NCBI GenBank assembly: GCA_033720355.1
Contig: JAWWCR010000002.1
Location: forward strand, 4,267 to 68,266
DNA length: 64,000 nt
DNA from: Gemmatimonadota bacterium
GTDB taxonomy: Bacteria; Gemmatimonadota; Gemmatimonadetes; Palauibacterales; Palauibacteraceae
Direction: 5' to 3'
The notes below the pieces were generated by a model. The model was not told where the DNA came from and ran no database searches. It saw nothing but the letters and a program-made list of their open reading frames with translations. Shown piece after piece: positions 28,886 through 38,580 of the stretch; the first letter of the stretch is position 1, and each line of letters starts with the position of its first letter. The position numbers and the translations under genes were made by a program.

Positions 28886-30016
28886 TCAGTTCGATCCGTC
28901 GAGGTCGAGCGCGATGCGTGCGATCTGTGCGGCGAGACCGACGCGATCGTCGACCCCCTCGAGGTTCGCGAGGATGGCCACCGCGAACCGGCGCCCCGGG
29001 AGCAGGTAGAGCATCCCGCTGACCTGCGGGGTGCCGCCCCCGTGGAGCGCCTCCTTCTCGCCGTACCAGTCCTCGTCCGGTATCAGTCCCCACCCGAGTC
29101 CGTACCCGGTGATCTCGCCGCTCGAGGTGGTCTGGGGCGTGAGCATCTCATCGAACGTCTCCGCGGAGACGAGCGTCCCATCCATGACCGCGGTGGCGAA
29201 GCGGACGAGATCGGGCGCCGTGGTGATGAACCCGCCGGCGGGCAGCTTGCTGCTCATGTCGACCATGCGCGCGTTCACGAGCTCGCCCTCGTCGGATCGC
29301 CTGTACCCCCGGGCACGGTTCGGGATGATCGCGGCCGGGTCGTCGTCGCGCGTCGCGCGCATGCCGGCCGGCTCGAACACGTGCCGGGTCATGTAGTCCA
29401 GATACGTTCCCCCTGACGCGCCCGCGATGACGCAACCGAGGATGTTGTACCCGAACGTCGTGTAGAGGAAGGCGGACCCCGGTTCGTGGACGAGCGGGTC
29501 CCCCGAGAAGATCCCGAGAGGCTCGATGACGTCGTCGTAGTGGCGGGTGTTGAAGAGCTCAGCCTCCGCGTTCGGCCCGCCGTAGTGGCGGACGCCGCCC
29601 AGGTGGGCGAGGAGGTGTCGGGTCGTGACCGTCCAGCGTTTCCGCGGAAACGCCGGGCAATACTCCTGAATCGCGGCGTCGAGGTCGAGCCGCCCGCGCT
29701 CCCACAGCTGCATGACCGCCGTCGCCGTCATGGGCTTCCCGATCGACGCGGTGCGATAGGCGGTCTCGGGGCCCGCCGGCACCCCGTTCTCGACGTCGGC
29801 CGTTCCGAACCCCTCGGCCCAGACGATCCCGCCCTCGAGGGCGATCGCCACGGAGAGCCCGGGGATCCCCGCCGATTCCATCCGCTCCCGGACCAACGCC
29901 TCGATCTCCTCCCCGGCGCCGGCCGGAAGCGACTGGGCGATGAGACGAGGGACGGGGGTGCAGAGCGCCCGGACCACGAGCACGAAGGCGAGTCCGAGGT
30001 AGTGTATGCGATCCAT
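28886..30016 (-). CDS. beta-lactamase-fold serine hydrolase, secreted
   Basis: ATG at 30016 (MDRIHYLGLAFVLVVRALC...). SxxK motif YRTASIGKPMTATAVMQL. The track ORF start at 30076 adds 20 codons with no RBS. Confidence 0.85.
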   Translation of the reverse strand: MDRIHYLGLAFVLVVRALCTPVPRLIAQSLPAGAGEEIEALVRERMESAGIPGLSVAIALEGGIVWAEGFGTADVENGVPAGPETAYRTASIGKPMTATAVMQLWERGRLDLDAAIQEYCPAFPRKRWTVTTRHLLAHLGGVRHYGGPNAEAELFNTRHYDDVIEPLGIFSGDPLVHEPGSAFLYTTFGYNILGCVIAGASGGTYLDYMTRHVFEPAGMRATRDDDPAAIIPNRARGYRRSDEGELVNARMVDMSSKLPAGGFITTAPDLVRFATAVMDGTLVSAETFDEMLTPQTTSSGEITGYGLGWGLIPDEDWYGEKEALHGGGTPQVSGMLYLLPGRRFAVAILANLEGVDDRVGLAAQIARIALDLDGSN

Positions 30017-30209
30017 GCGATGCCATCTAGTCGAAGATCGCCATTCATGCCAATACCATGTATGACAACGCTTCATTAGTAATTACCTATGATGCAATGC
30101 CGGCGCGATCCGAGGGGGGGCCGTCACCGTTGGCCGCGACGCGACGAGGCACCTAACATCCTCCCATGAATCCCCGTGAGTCGGCGCGGTCGGGCCCGCC
30201 GAAGCGACC
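30017..30209. promoter_or_regulatory. AT-rich divergent promoter region between the beta-lactamase-fold gene (-) and the mscS-like gene (+)
   Basis: 30020-30110 (ccattcatgccaataccatgtatgacaacgcttcattagtaattacctatgatgcaatgcc) is under 45% GC in a 70% GC background. Confidence 0.4.
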
Positions 30210-31817
30210 GTGATGGTCGGGAGAGTCGGCGCTGCGCTGCGACGCCAGGACCGGATCACGGTCTTCCTCGACTTCGTGACCGTGGTCTTCGGCATCGTCG
30301 TGGGTCTCAGAGCGAACCGAGGACCTCGACGGGTTCGCTACGCTCCCGCGGTGCGATGTCGCGGGGATGCGCCGCGACCAGAGTTTCCTGAACTCGCCGG
30401 GCGCCAACGTCGGCGGGCACGACGGGTATCACGTCGAGTCGTACTCGTCCTGTGCGGCCTGTCGGTGGCCGTGTCGCTGTCCGTTCGCGCGGAGCTGGCT
30501 GCGCAGGACGCCGAGGGCGACACAGTCGCGCAAGCCGCCGACTCGGTCGAGCTCGCTCCGGTCCCCGACGGGCAGGAGGCGCTCGATGAGCTGAACCAGG
30601 CCGAGCTTCGGGCCGTGTTCGATCGGGTGCAGGCCCTCTCGGGCATCGACGTGACGGTGGAGGCCGGGGTCGTGACGCTGGCGGGCGAGGTCCCGGACGG
30701 GTCATCGGCCGAGCGCGCCGTCGAGCTGGCGCAGGGTCGCGAGGGCGTCGTGTATGTCGACGACAGCGGGCTCGCGTCGCTCGACGCGTCGGCGCGAATC
30801 GAGGACGTCTCGTCGCGGCTGGGCGAACGGCTCGCCGAGTTCGTCTCGCTCCTTCCGCTCATCGGCGTCGCCCTCGTGATCATCGTCGTCTTCTGCGTCG
30901 TAGCGTGGGCGATCGGCCTGGTCCGTTTCGAGCGCGCACTGTCCCGAGGCAGCCCGTTCCTCGGAGCGCTCATCCAGCGCCTCGTCCAGTTCGCGCTGGT
31001 CGTCACCGGACTCGTCATCGCCCTCGAGCTGCTCGACGCGACCGCGCTCGTCGGAGCTGTCATCGGGACCGCCGGTCTCGCGGGTCTCGCCCTCGGCTTC
31101 GCGTTCAAGGACATCGCCGAGAACTACCTCGCGGGCGTCATCATGAGCCTCCGCTATCCTTTCGCCGAAGACGACTACATCGAGGTCGGCGGGCATTCGG
31201 GGAAAGTCGTCCGGCTGTCGGGACGCGAGACGATCCTCATGACGCTCGACGGCAACCACGTCCAGATGCCGAACGCGACCGTGTTCCGCGAGCCGCTGAC
31301 GAACTACACGCGCAACCCTCTCCGCCGGTTCACGGTCGAGATCGGGGTCGCCTCGGCGACGATCCTGAGCGACGCGCTCGACGTGGGTCTGGGCGTCCTG
31401 TTCAGGATGGAGGGCGTCGTGGACGAGCCTGCGCCGCAAGCGGTCGTGTGGGGCTTCGGGGACAGCACGATGCAGCTACGGTTCACCGGGTGGGTGGATC
31501 AGCGGCGGCACGACTACCTGCGCGTGAAGAGCGAAGCGATCCGGCTGCTCAAGGTCGGGCTGGAGGACAACGACATCGAGCTTCCCGAGCCCGAGTATCG
31601 GGTGTATCTGCCCGATGTCAGGGACGGTCGCATGGTCGAGATCTCCCCACCCGACCGGGACGAGCCGGAACCGGGTCGGGAGCGGCCGAAGCCGCGGGGG
31701 GCCGCCGGCACCGAGGGCGCACAGCGGGATGTCTCGGTCGACCGCGCGCTGGACGAGCAGATCGAGGCCGACCGGCGGGCGGCCGAGGCCGAGGACGGAC
31801 CCGCTCCCCTCCCCTGA
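30210..31817 (+). CDS. MscS-family mechanosensitive channel with periplasmic BON-like N-terminal domain
   Basis: MscS signature ...IMSLRYPFAEDDYIEVGGHSGKVVRLSGRETILMTLDGNHVQMPNATVFREPLTNYTRNP. 5' end uncertain: the signal-like segment RRVVLVLCGLSVAVSLSVRAELAAQ starts about 70 codons in, but no in-frame start codon lies next to it. Confidence 0.75.
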   Translation: MMVGRVGAALRRQDRITVFLDFVTVVFGIVVGLRANRGPRRVRYAPAVRCRGDAPRPEFPELAGRQRRRARRVSRRVVLVLCGLSVAVSLSVRAELAAQDAEGDTVAQAADSVELAPVPDGQEALDELNQAELRAVFDRVQALSGIDVTVEAGVVTLAGEVPDGSSAERAVELAQGREGVVYVDDSGLASLDASARIEDVSSRLGERLAEFVSLLPLIGVALVIIVVFCVVAWAIGLVRFERALSRGSPFLGALIQRLVQFALVVTGLVIALELLDATALVGAVIGTAGLAGLALGFAFKDIAENYLAGVIMSLRYPFAEDDYIEVGGHSGKVVRLSGRETILMTLDGNHVQMPNATVFREPLTNYTRNPLRRFTVEIGVASATILSDALDVGLGVLFRMEGVVDEPAPQAVVWGFGDSTMQLRFTGWVDQRRHDYLRVKSEAIRLLKVGLEDNDIELPEPEYRVYLPDVRDGRMVEISPPDRDEPEPGRERPKPRGAAGTEGAQRDVSVDRALDEQIEADRRAAEAEDGPAPLP

Positions 31818-31840
31818 ACGGACGTCGTCTCCTGCCGGAG

Positions 31841-33349
31841 CTACGACCCGCCGTCCCCCGGCGGCGGGATCGAGTAGACGCGGACGACCTCCTCCACCAC
31901 GCCGTCGCGGTCGCTGCGGCGACGCAGCATCGTGCGAGGAACCTCCACGGTGAAGTGGACCCGGTCGTTGTCGAGGCCGCTGACGATGTCTACCACGAGG
32001 GCATCGCGCTCCTCCCCCCCGGCCCTGATCGTCGTGTTCCACCGTACGTCGTAGCGGTCCGCGGTCACCTGTGCGGTCCACGGATCGAACGTGACGAACT
32101 CCACGCTCCGCCCGATCAGCGGCTCGGCGACCAGCATACCGAACGCGAGGTCCGTCATCTCGCGCAGCAGGATGCCCTCGGGGATCTCGCGCTCCACGGG
32201 AGTCACAACCCCGGCGCTGTCCTGGATCGTCCCGACGACGGTCCCGTCCTCGAACCGCAGGTCGTACGAGGCGCGCCGCCAGCCCCCCTCCACCCTCCAC
32301 TCGATCTGACCCCGGGTCGACACGGGCCGGAGCCCCTCGGCGGTCACGATGGTGCGGCTGCGCTCGCGCCGCGTCGCGATCGCCGGGCCGGGCGTTCCCT
32401 GTCGGACTGCGGTCTCGCTCTCCATGTAGCGCTCGAGCTTCGACTCGCGGCCGAAGATGTCTTCGAGCCGCCGCACGGTGACGCGGGTCGTCCGCGTCCC
32501 CCCCGACAGATCCCGGGCCTCGAGGTCGAGCTGGTGCCCGTCGGCCAGCGCCTCGAGATCGAACCGCAGCCCCCCGTTCACCCGGTCGTCTGCCGCGGCC
32601 ATGTCCATCGCCTCTCGAACCGGTTCGCTCGGGGACGGGGAGTACACGGCGATCGCCTCGCGATCGGTGTCGGCGAGCATCCCGCGGGCGTAGTTGATCG
32701 GTACGGCGAAGTTGAGGTTCTGGCCGCGTCGGATCTGGGAGGCCGCGATCCCGATGACGCGACCGTCCCGGGTCAATACGGGTCCGCCGCTCGACCCCGA
32801 CGACGCCGACGCGGTGATCTGAAGGAGCTGGAAGCCTTCGGGCTCCTGCCGTCGTCCACTCACGATCCCGGTGGACACGGTGTTCTCGAGCCCCAGTGGA
32901 CTGCCGATGGCGATCGCGGTCATGCCGATCCGCACGGCGTCCGAGTTGCCGAGATCGAGCGCCGGGAGGCCGAACCCCGGGATCTTCAGCACGGCGATGT
33001 CGCGCCGCTCGTCCTGGGCGAGGAGCTGGATGTGCTCGTAGACGTCCCCCGAGGCGAGCCGTACACGAGCCGACGTCGCACCGCGCACCACGTGGTAGTT
33101 CGTGAGGATGACGCCGTCCGGGTCGACGATGAACCCGCTCCCCTGGCGCGAGTCGTCGCCGATCTTCACCTCGACCAACACGACGGCGGCAGTGGCGGTG
33201 GCCGCGAGCTCCTCGAGATCCACCGAGGCTTCCTCGAGGGGGGTCTGCCCCGCGAGCGGCGCGATCCGGAGCGAAAGGCCGGGGACCGCGATGGCGACCG
33301 CGACGACTCCACCCACCCCGACGGCACGGAACCGTTCCCACCACCCCAT
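31841..33349 (-). CDS. trypsin-like (S1, HtrA/DegP-related) serine protease with large C-terminal extension
   Basis: ATG 33349 is preceded by GAGGGGGG. Membrane anchor MGWWERFRAVGVGGVVAVAIAV. Catalytic triad context TNYHVV, DIAVLK, SGSSGGPV. The upstream 127 codons in the track ORF are a stop-free extension. Confidence 0.8.
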   Translation of the reverse strand: MGWWERFRAVGVGGVVAVAIAVPGLSLRIAPLAGQTPLEEASVDLEELAATATAAVVLVEVKIGDDSRQGSGFIVDPDGVILTNYHVVRGATSARVRLASGDVYEHIQLLAQDERRDIAVLKIPGFGLPALDLGNSDAVRIGMTAIAIGSPLGLENTVSTGIVSGRRQEPEGFQLLQITASASSGSSGGPVLTRDGRVIGIAASQIRRGQNLNFAVPINYARGMLADTDREAIAVYSPSPSEPVREAMDMAAADDRVNGGLRFDLEALADGHQLDLEARDLSGGTRTTRVTVRRLEDIFGRESKLERYMESETAVRQGTPGPAIATRRERSRTIVTAEGLRPVSTRGQIEWRVEGGWRRASYDLRFEDGTVVGTIQDSAGVVTPVEREIPEGILLREMTDLAFGMLVAEPLIGRSVEFVTFDPWTAQVTADRYDVRWNTTIRAGGEERDALVVDIVSGLDNDRVHFTVEVPRTMLRRRSDRDGVVEEVVRVYSIPPPGDGGS

Positions 33350-33605
33350 CGTCCCCCCTCGCTGCACGCCGTCAGTCCTCCCGCCCGCGGGCCGCCGACT
33401 CGCGACCCCGGTGCGGACGATCCCGCGCCCGGCGCGGCGGCGGTGTGGTATCCTCCCCGGTCGGCGCGCTATTTTGGGCGAGTGCCCGCGCGCGTCCGGA
33501 ACTCCGCCGACGCCATCGAATATCCTAATCATTCGTCGCCGTGGCCGCGCGGGCGCGTGGAAGTGCGGCGCCGGGAACCGCTTTAGACCGAACGGATCGC
33601 CGACG

Positions 33606-34295
33606 TTGACAGCTGTTCGCAGAGCCCGCCGGGCGCTCCGGCCCCGCAGTCTGGCACTCGCCGCCTCGACCCTGTTCGCCGGGTCCTGCGCCTCTGCGCC
33701 ATCGGGGGAGTCGGCGCACCCCTTCGACATGCACTACGGGACGGGCGAATGGGCGGCGGCGATCTCCGCGTTCGAGGCGGACTCGCTCCTCCAGACGGAC
33801 GACTGGGCCGTATACAGGACGGCCCTCATCTACGCACGCCCCGATCGCGAGACCTTCGACCCCGACGAGTCCCGGCGCCTCCTCGGTCGGTTGATCGGCC
33901 GCGAGCCCGCCTCGGCCTATGCGGCGGCGGCATCGACGGTCGTCGACCTTCTCGACCAGGCCGAGCGGGTCCCCCCGGCGAGCGCCGAGGACGCCCGGCT
34001 CCACCGCGCCGACTGGCTCCTCTATCGGATCGGACTGGCGTACGCCGATCCCGACGGCGACCTGTTCGATGCCGTCGGCGCGATCCGCACCCTCGGCGAT
34101 CTGGTCACGGACTACCCCGAGTCGGTCTACGCCGGCCCGGCGGCCGTGCTGATCGACCTGCTGTCCGAGCTGCGACGGTCGTACCGGGCAGAGTCGGCGT
34201 TGCGTCAGCAGCTCGATCAGCTCAAACAGGTCGATCTCGAGGGCGCGGTGGTGCCGCCGCCCCCGCCTCCCCCTCCGCCCGGGGGTCGCGGCTGA
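33606..34295 (+). CDS. lipoprotein with two TPR-like repeats, a coiled coil and a C-terminal poly-Pro (P11) tail
   Basis: TTG 33606; signal plus lipobox MTAVRRARRALRPRSLALAASTLFAGSC. Repeats ALIYARPDRETFDPDESRRLLGRL / IGLAYADPDGDLFDAVGAIRTLGDL. C-terminus VVPPPPPPPPPPGGRG. Start codon choice is uncertain. Confidence 0.55.
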   Translation: MTAVRRARRALRPRSLALAASTLFAGSCASAPSGESAHPFDMHYGTGEWAAAISAFEADSLLQTDDWAVYRTALIYARPDRETFDPDESRRLLGRLIGREPASAYAAAASTVVDLLDQAERVPPASAEDARLHRADWLLYRIGLAYADPDGDLFDAVGAIRTLGDLVTDYPESVYAGPAAVLIDLLSELRRSYRAESALRQQLDQLKQVDLEGAVVPPPPPPPPPGGRG

Positions 34296-34319
34296 CGGCC
34301 GTTCCGACGCCGGACGCAC

Positions 34320-35021
34320 CTACCGCAATCCGCCGTCCTCTCTCGTCGTCACCAGCTCGGCGGTCAGCGGCCCCGACATCTCGATCACGAAGGTCACACG
34401 ACGGTTCTCGAGTCCGGCCCGACCCGGTCCCTGCGCGCCCTCCACCACCTGGCGATCCTCGCCGTACGCCGCGATGCGGATTCCCTCGGCCGGGAGACCG
34501 CCCCGGGACGTGAGGTACTCGGCGACGTTGTTGGCGCGCCGCTCGGACAGCCGCCGGTTGTACTCCGCGGGCCCCGCCGGATCGGCGAACCCCTCGACCG
34601 TGATCACCGCCACGGGATAGTACTCCTCGACCACGCGCGTGAAGCGCTCGAGGATCGGCTCGTCCTCGGGACGGATGTCGGCACGATCGAAATCGAAGTG
34701 CACGGGCGTGACGAACCGCAACCCGTCCTCGAGCTCGACGACCGCCGCCTGCATGTCGTCGAAGTCGGCCGCGAGCGCCTCGAGATCGGACCGCAGGGCG
34801 GCCAGCAGGGCCTCCTGCTCGGAGATCCTGTTGGAGTTGTCCGTGACGCGGTCGTCGAGGTCCTGCATCTCGCCGCGCAGCTCGGCCACCGTCTGGTCGA
34901 ACACGTTCTGCTCGACCTTCTTCGAGCACCCGACCGTCACCGCAGCCACCAGGGCCACGCAGGCGGGGACCAGGCTCGGTCGCACGTTCCGTCTCGCTAC
35001 TCGGTTCGTCTCCATCTGCAT
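34320..35021 (-). CDS. OmpA/Pal-family peptidoglycan-associated lipoprotein with N-terminal coiled coil
   Basis: ATG 35021 (MQMETNRV...). Lipobox AAVTVGCSKK. OmpA-like C-terminal domain ...FDFDRADIRPEDEPILERF...GFADPAGPAEYNRRLSERRANNVAEYL. Confidence 0.8.
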   Translation of the reverse strand: MQMETNRVARRNVRPSLVPACVALVAAVTVGCSKKVEQNVFDQTVAELRGEMQDLDDRVTDNSNRISEQEALLAALRSDLEALAADFDDMQAAVVELEDGLRFVTPVHFDFDRADIRPEDEPILERFTRVVEEYYPVAVITVEGFADPAGPAEYNRRLSERRANNVAEYLTSRGGLPAEGIRIAAYGEDRQVVEGAQGPGRAGLENRRVTFVIEMSGPLTAELVTTREDGGLR

Positions 35022-35521
35022 CTTTCGACTCCCGACTGTGGGGGCTGGTCTCCTGGGACGCTCGCCCGAAAAAGCAATGCTCGTGCCCCACCCGTGCTTC
35101 GGGCCAACATGTTGACATGACGCGAGATACGACCCTGCGCGGGCCGCCGCGGCACGTCCGCGCAAGCCCGCGTCCCGGGAAAACTTCCCGCCCCCTGTCC
35201 GCGGCGCGGGGCGGACTGTCCGACCGCCCCGTGCGCGCATTCCGGTCGAGCGAGTCGCCGAGGGGTCGAGACGACGCCGGGAAACATTCCCGCCCGGCCC
35301 GGGGAGCCCCGAGCGGCCGCGTGCGGACCGAGACGTCGCATCCGATCCCGTAATACGTTGACAATAAATGTTTTACGGGATAGACGGTCGCCTCCGGCAC
35401 ACCCTCCGACAGACGGTATGCCTGTTGCTTCTACGGCAGCGCAGAAGGATCCGGATCCGGGTCCGCATCGCCGGCCCGTTCGCCGGAGATTGCCTGCAAC
35501 CGCTGGATGAGAGGACGGAAG
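35022..35521. promoter_or_regulatory. 500-bp divergent regulatory region containing two TTGACA hexamers and two GGGAA-N3-TTCCC palindromes
   Basis: TTGACA at 35109-35114 and at about 35358-35363; the second lies inside an inverted repeat CCCGTAA-N19-TTACGGG. Palindromes GGGAAAACTTCCC (35177-35189) and GGGAAACATTCCC (35279-35291) lie about 102 bp apart. Contains locally AT-rich patches. Confidence 0.45.
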
Positions 35522-35920
35522 ATGAAGAAGCTGTTGAGAGGGACGATCGCGGCCGGGCTGTTCCTGGCCCTGCCGATGGCAGTCGATGCCCAGGAGCAGG
35601 AGGCGTGCACTGCCGAGATCAGCCCCGTCGCGGCCGGATCGGTCGTCGAGGCGTGGGGCATGTTCCCGGCTCCCTTCGGTGAGGTCTCGTCGATCGACGC
35701 GCCGGAGGAGAGCGGTCTGGTTCTCGCTTCGACCGAGGATGTCGAGGCTGTCGAGATGTCCGCCGAGGAGAGCGCCGAGAGGGAAGCGCTCGCCAACGAC
35801 GAGAACACCACGATCTTCTGGCTCGACACGCGGAACGTCACTGCCGGCACCTACACGATCACGCTGCATGGTGAAGGCGGCTCCTGCGTGGCCGAGCTCA
35901 CGGTGGAAGAGCCGGCGTAA
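35522..35920 (+). CDS. small secreted acidic protein (132 aa)
   Basis: MKKLLRGTIAAGLFLALPMAVDAQ signal peptide. Acidic Glu/Ala-rich middle, two Cys. Alternative start at 35507. Confidence 0.5.
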   Translation: MKKLLRGTIAAGLFLALPMAVDAQEQEACTAEISPVAAGSVVEAWGMFPAPFGEVSSIDAPEESGLVLASTEDVEAVEMSAEESAEREALANDENTTIFWLDTRNVTAGTYTITLHGEGGSCVAELTVEEPA

Positions 35921-36149
35921 CGTCTGCCGTTTCGGAGGACGGGGGGCCACCCAGCCTCACCCACCCCCCGGACCAGGATCCGGGGAGAGCCGACCGCTCT
36001 TCCCGGGTCCGCCTCCACTCTCCCCTTCCCACGTCCGCCCGAGCCCCTCGAAACACACGCCACCCGACGCTAGACTGACCTTGCGCCGGGCCCACCGCGC
36101 GCGCGGCAAACGCACCGCGTCCCCCGCGGCAACCAGGGAGGTACCAGCC

Positions 36150-36734
36150 ATGCTCACCCCACCTTCGAGATCTCTCCGCGGCCCACTGCTCGGGTTGCTG
36201 ACCGCCTTCGTCGTCCCGTCGCTCGCCGCGCAGGAACCGACCGTGCCGGCGGGCATCCAGAGCGAGCTCTCGAGGGACCTCGGGGTGCTCGAGCAGAAGT
36301 ACCTGAGCCTGGCGGACGTCATGACCGAGCACTTCGCATGGCGGCCGAACGAAGACACCCGCTCGGTGAGCGAGGTGTTCACGCACGTGGGCGGCGCGAA
36401 TCTCTACATCCCGGTGGCGTTCGGTGTCGAGCCTCCGGCGGGTAAGGAGGTCGCTTCATTCGAGGAGGCGTTCGCGCGCATGGGCGAGATGGAACGGATC
36501 ACCGACCCCGAGGCCGTGGTGGCGTCGTTGCGCGGGGGCCTCGCGCACGCGCGTCACGCGATCGCGGCGGTACCCGTTTCCGAGCTCGATGACGAGGTGA
36601 CGATCTTCGGTCAGCAGATGACGAAACGCGAGGGGCTCGTCCTCCTCGTCACGCACATGCACGAGCATCTCGGTCAGGCGGTCGCCTACGCCCGGATGAA
36701 CGGCGTCGTGCCCCCGTGGAGCGCCGGCGGCTGA
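36150..36734 (+). CDS. secreted DinB/YfiT-like (DinB_2) metal-binding helical-bundle protein
   Basis: ATG 36150 with AGGGAGG 9 nt upstream. Signal peptide MLTPPSRSLRGPLLGLLTAFVVPSLAAQ. His-containing motifs VFTHVGGANLY and THMHEHLGQAVAY, as in DinB-family proteins. The track ORF start at 35586 is an upstream artefact. Confidence 0.6.
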   Translation: MLTPPSRSLRGPLLGLLTAFVVPSLAAQEPTVPAGIQSELSRDLGVLEQKYLSLADVMTEHFAWRPNEDTRSVSEVFTHVGGANLYIPVAFGVEPPAGKEVASFEEAFARMGEMERITDPEAVVASLRGGLAHARHAIAAVPVSELDDEVTIFGQQMTKREGLVLLVTHMHEHLGQAVAYARMNGVVPPWSAGG

Positions 36735-36911
36735 GTCGACGGACGGTCGACCGCAGCCGTAACCACGCGTCGGTCGATCTCGCGGGCGGTCTCGCCGGGT
36801 CCGGGGATGCCGCATGCGGCCGTGCTCGACGAGCCGCCGCGGCATACGTTTGGCCCGGGGGGCGTCTCGGGGATGCCTCAAGACGACCGCATTCGATTTC
36901 TAAGGACCCTG

Positions 36912-38558
36912 ATGCGCCCCAAGAGACTCGGCCTCCCGCTTCTTTCGCTGACCATCGTGGCCTGCGCCTCGTCCGGTGGACCCTCTCCGACGTCCGCGCC
37001 TCCGCGCACCGCGCCCCCGCCGCCGCCACCGACCGCCGAGATGCCCGAGACGGCCGCGGTGCCGGAGGCCGCTCCGGACGGGTGGCAGAACCTGGATCGC
37101 GAGCGGGACGGAGTGTACGGCGTGAGCTCCGACCGCGCGCTCGAGTTGCTCGCCGACCGCGAGCCCGCGCGCACCGTGGTCGTCGCGGTCATCGACGGCG
37201 GCGTGGACACGGCCCATGTCGATCTCCGCGACGCCATGTGGCACAACCCCGACGAGACACCGGGCAACGACCGCGACGACGACGGCAACGGGTATGTCGA
37301 CGACGTGTTCGGCTGGAACTTCATCGGTGGACCCGACGGCCGGAACGTCGACCACGATACCTATGAGCTGACACGGCTGTACGCGCTCTGCCGGGGCGGG
37401 ACGCCGCCCGCACAGTACGACTGCGACGAGCTCGCGGCCGATTTCGAGGAGACCCGGGCCGAGAACGCGGCCCTCATGCAGCAGGTCGAGCAGATCGACG
37501 CGGCGCTCACGGCCGTCATCCCGGTCCTCCAGCGCGCCGCCGGCACGGAGGAGCTGACCCCCGAAGCGGTGGAGGCCATCCAGACGACCGACCCGCAACT
37601 CCAGCAGATGCGGGACATATGGCTCCAGCTTTCGGCCGCGGGGATCACCCCCGAGTACATGGAGGATGTACGCGCGGACGTCGAGGCCGGGGGCGAGTAC
37701 TCCCTGAATCCGGACTTCGACCCCCGCGACATCGTCGGCGACGACTACTCGAACGGTGACGAGCGTCAGTACGGGAACGCCGACGTGATGGGTCCGGGAG
37801 CGGACCACGGTACGCACGTCTCCGGCATCATCGCGGCGGCGCGGAACGGGATGGGCAACGACGGGATCGCCGCCGGCGTCGTCAGCATCATGGCCGTGCG
37901 CGCGGTGCCGGACGGCGACGAACGCGACAAGGACGTGGCGAACGCGATCCGCTACGCGGTCGACGAGGGCGCGCACATCATCAACATGAGCTTCGGCAAG
38001 GGCTACTCGCCGCGGAAGCACCTCGTCGACGAGGCGGTTCGCTACGCCGACGAGCGCGGTGTGCTGATCATCCACGCCGCGGGCAACGATGGGGCCGATC
38101 TCGAGGTGGAGGACAACTACCCGAATCGGTACTACGATGACGGTGGACAGGCGGCCAACTGGGTGACGATCGGCGCCTCCACGTGGAGGGCCGACAGCCT
38201 CGCCGCGACGTTCTCCAACTACGCGCGGACGAAGGTCGACGTGTTCGCGCCCGGCATCGAGATCCTCTCGACCGTCCCCGACGGCGAGTGGGAGCGCTCG
38301 CAGGGCACCAGCATGGCCGCGCCGGTAGCGACCGGCGTCGCGGCGCTGTTGATGGCCTACTTCCCCGACCTGACCGCGTCCGAGGTGCGGGAGATTCTCC
38401 TCGAATCGGCAGTCAGACACCCCGAGCAGGTGGTTGCGCGGCCGGGAGACCCGCCACCGCCGGGGCAGACTGGCCCGACGGCCCGTTTCGGCGATCTGTC
38501 GGTCACGGGCGGGGTGGTGAACGCCTACGAAGCGGTCAGGCTCGCACTCGAACGGTAG
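36912..38558 (+). CDS. subtilisin-like (S8) serine protease, lipoprotein
   Basis: ATG 36912 with AAGGA upstream. Lipobox LSLTIVACASSGG. Catalytic Asp/His/Ser contexts VAVIDGGVDTAH, HGTHVSGIIAA, GTSMAAPVATGVAALL. Confidence 0.9.
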   Translation: MRPKRLGLPLLSLTIVACASSGGPSPTSAPPRTAPPPPPPTAEMPETAAVPEAAPDGWQNLDRERDGVYGVSSDRALELLADREPARTVVVAVIDGGVDTAHVDLRDAMWHNPDETPGNDRDDDGNGYVDDVFGWNFIGGPDGRNVDHDTYELTRLYALCRGGTPPAQYDCDELAADFEETRAENAALMQQVEQIDAALTAVIPVLQRAAGTEELTPEAVEAIQTTDPQLQQMRDIWLQLSAAGITPEYMEDVRADVEAGGEYSLNPDFDPRDIVGDDYSNGDERQYGNADVMGPGADHGTHVSGIIAAARNGMGNDGIAAGVVSIMAVRAVPDGDERDKDVANAIRYAVDEGAHIINMSFGKGYSPRKHLVDEAVRYADERGVLIIHAAGNDGADLEVEDNYPNRYYDDGGQAANWVTIGASTWRADSLAATFSNYARTKVDVFAPGIEILSTVPDGEWERSQGTSMAAPVATGVAALLMAYFPDLTASEVREILLESAVRHPEQVVARPGDPPPPGQTGPTARFGDLSVTGGVVNAYEAVRLALER

Positions 38559-38580
38559 CCCGGGCCGCCGGACCCCACGC

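Noticed and set aside
27923-30016. LysR regulator next to a beta-lactamase-fold gene, reminiscent of ampR-ampC
   Set aside because: The two genes are convergent (28834 vs 28886), not divergently transcribed from a shared promoter as in ampR-ampC. The hydrolase looks like a generic periplasmic esterase or PBP-like protein, so no inducible beta-lactamase system is inferred.
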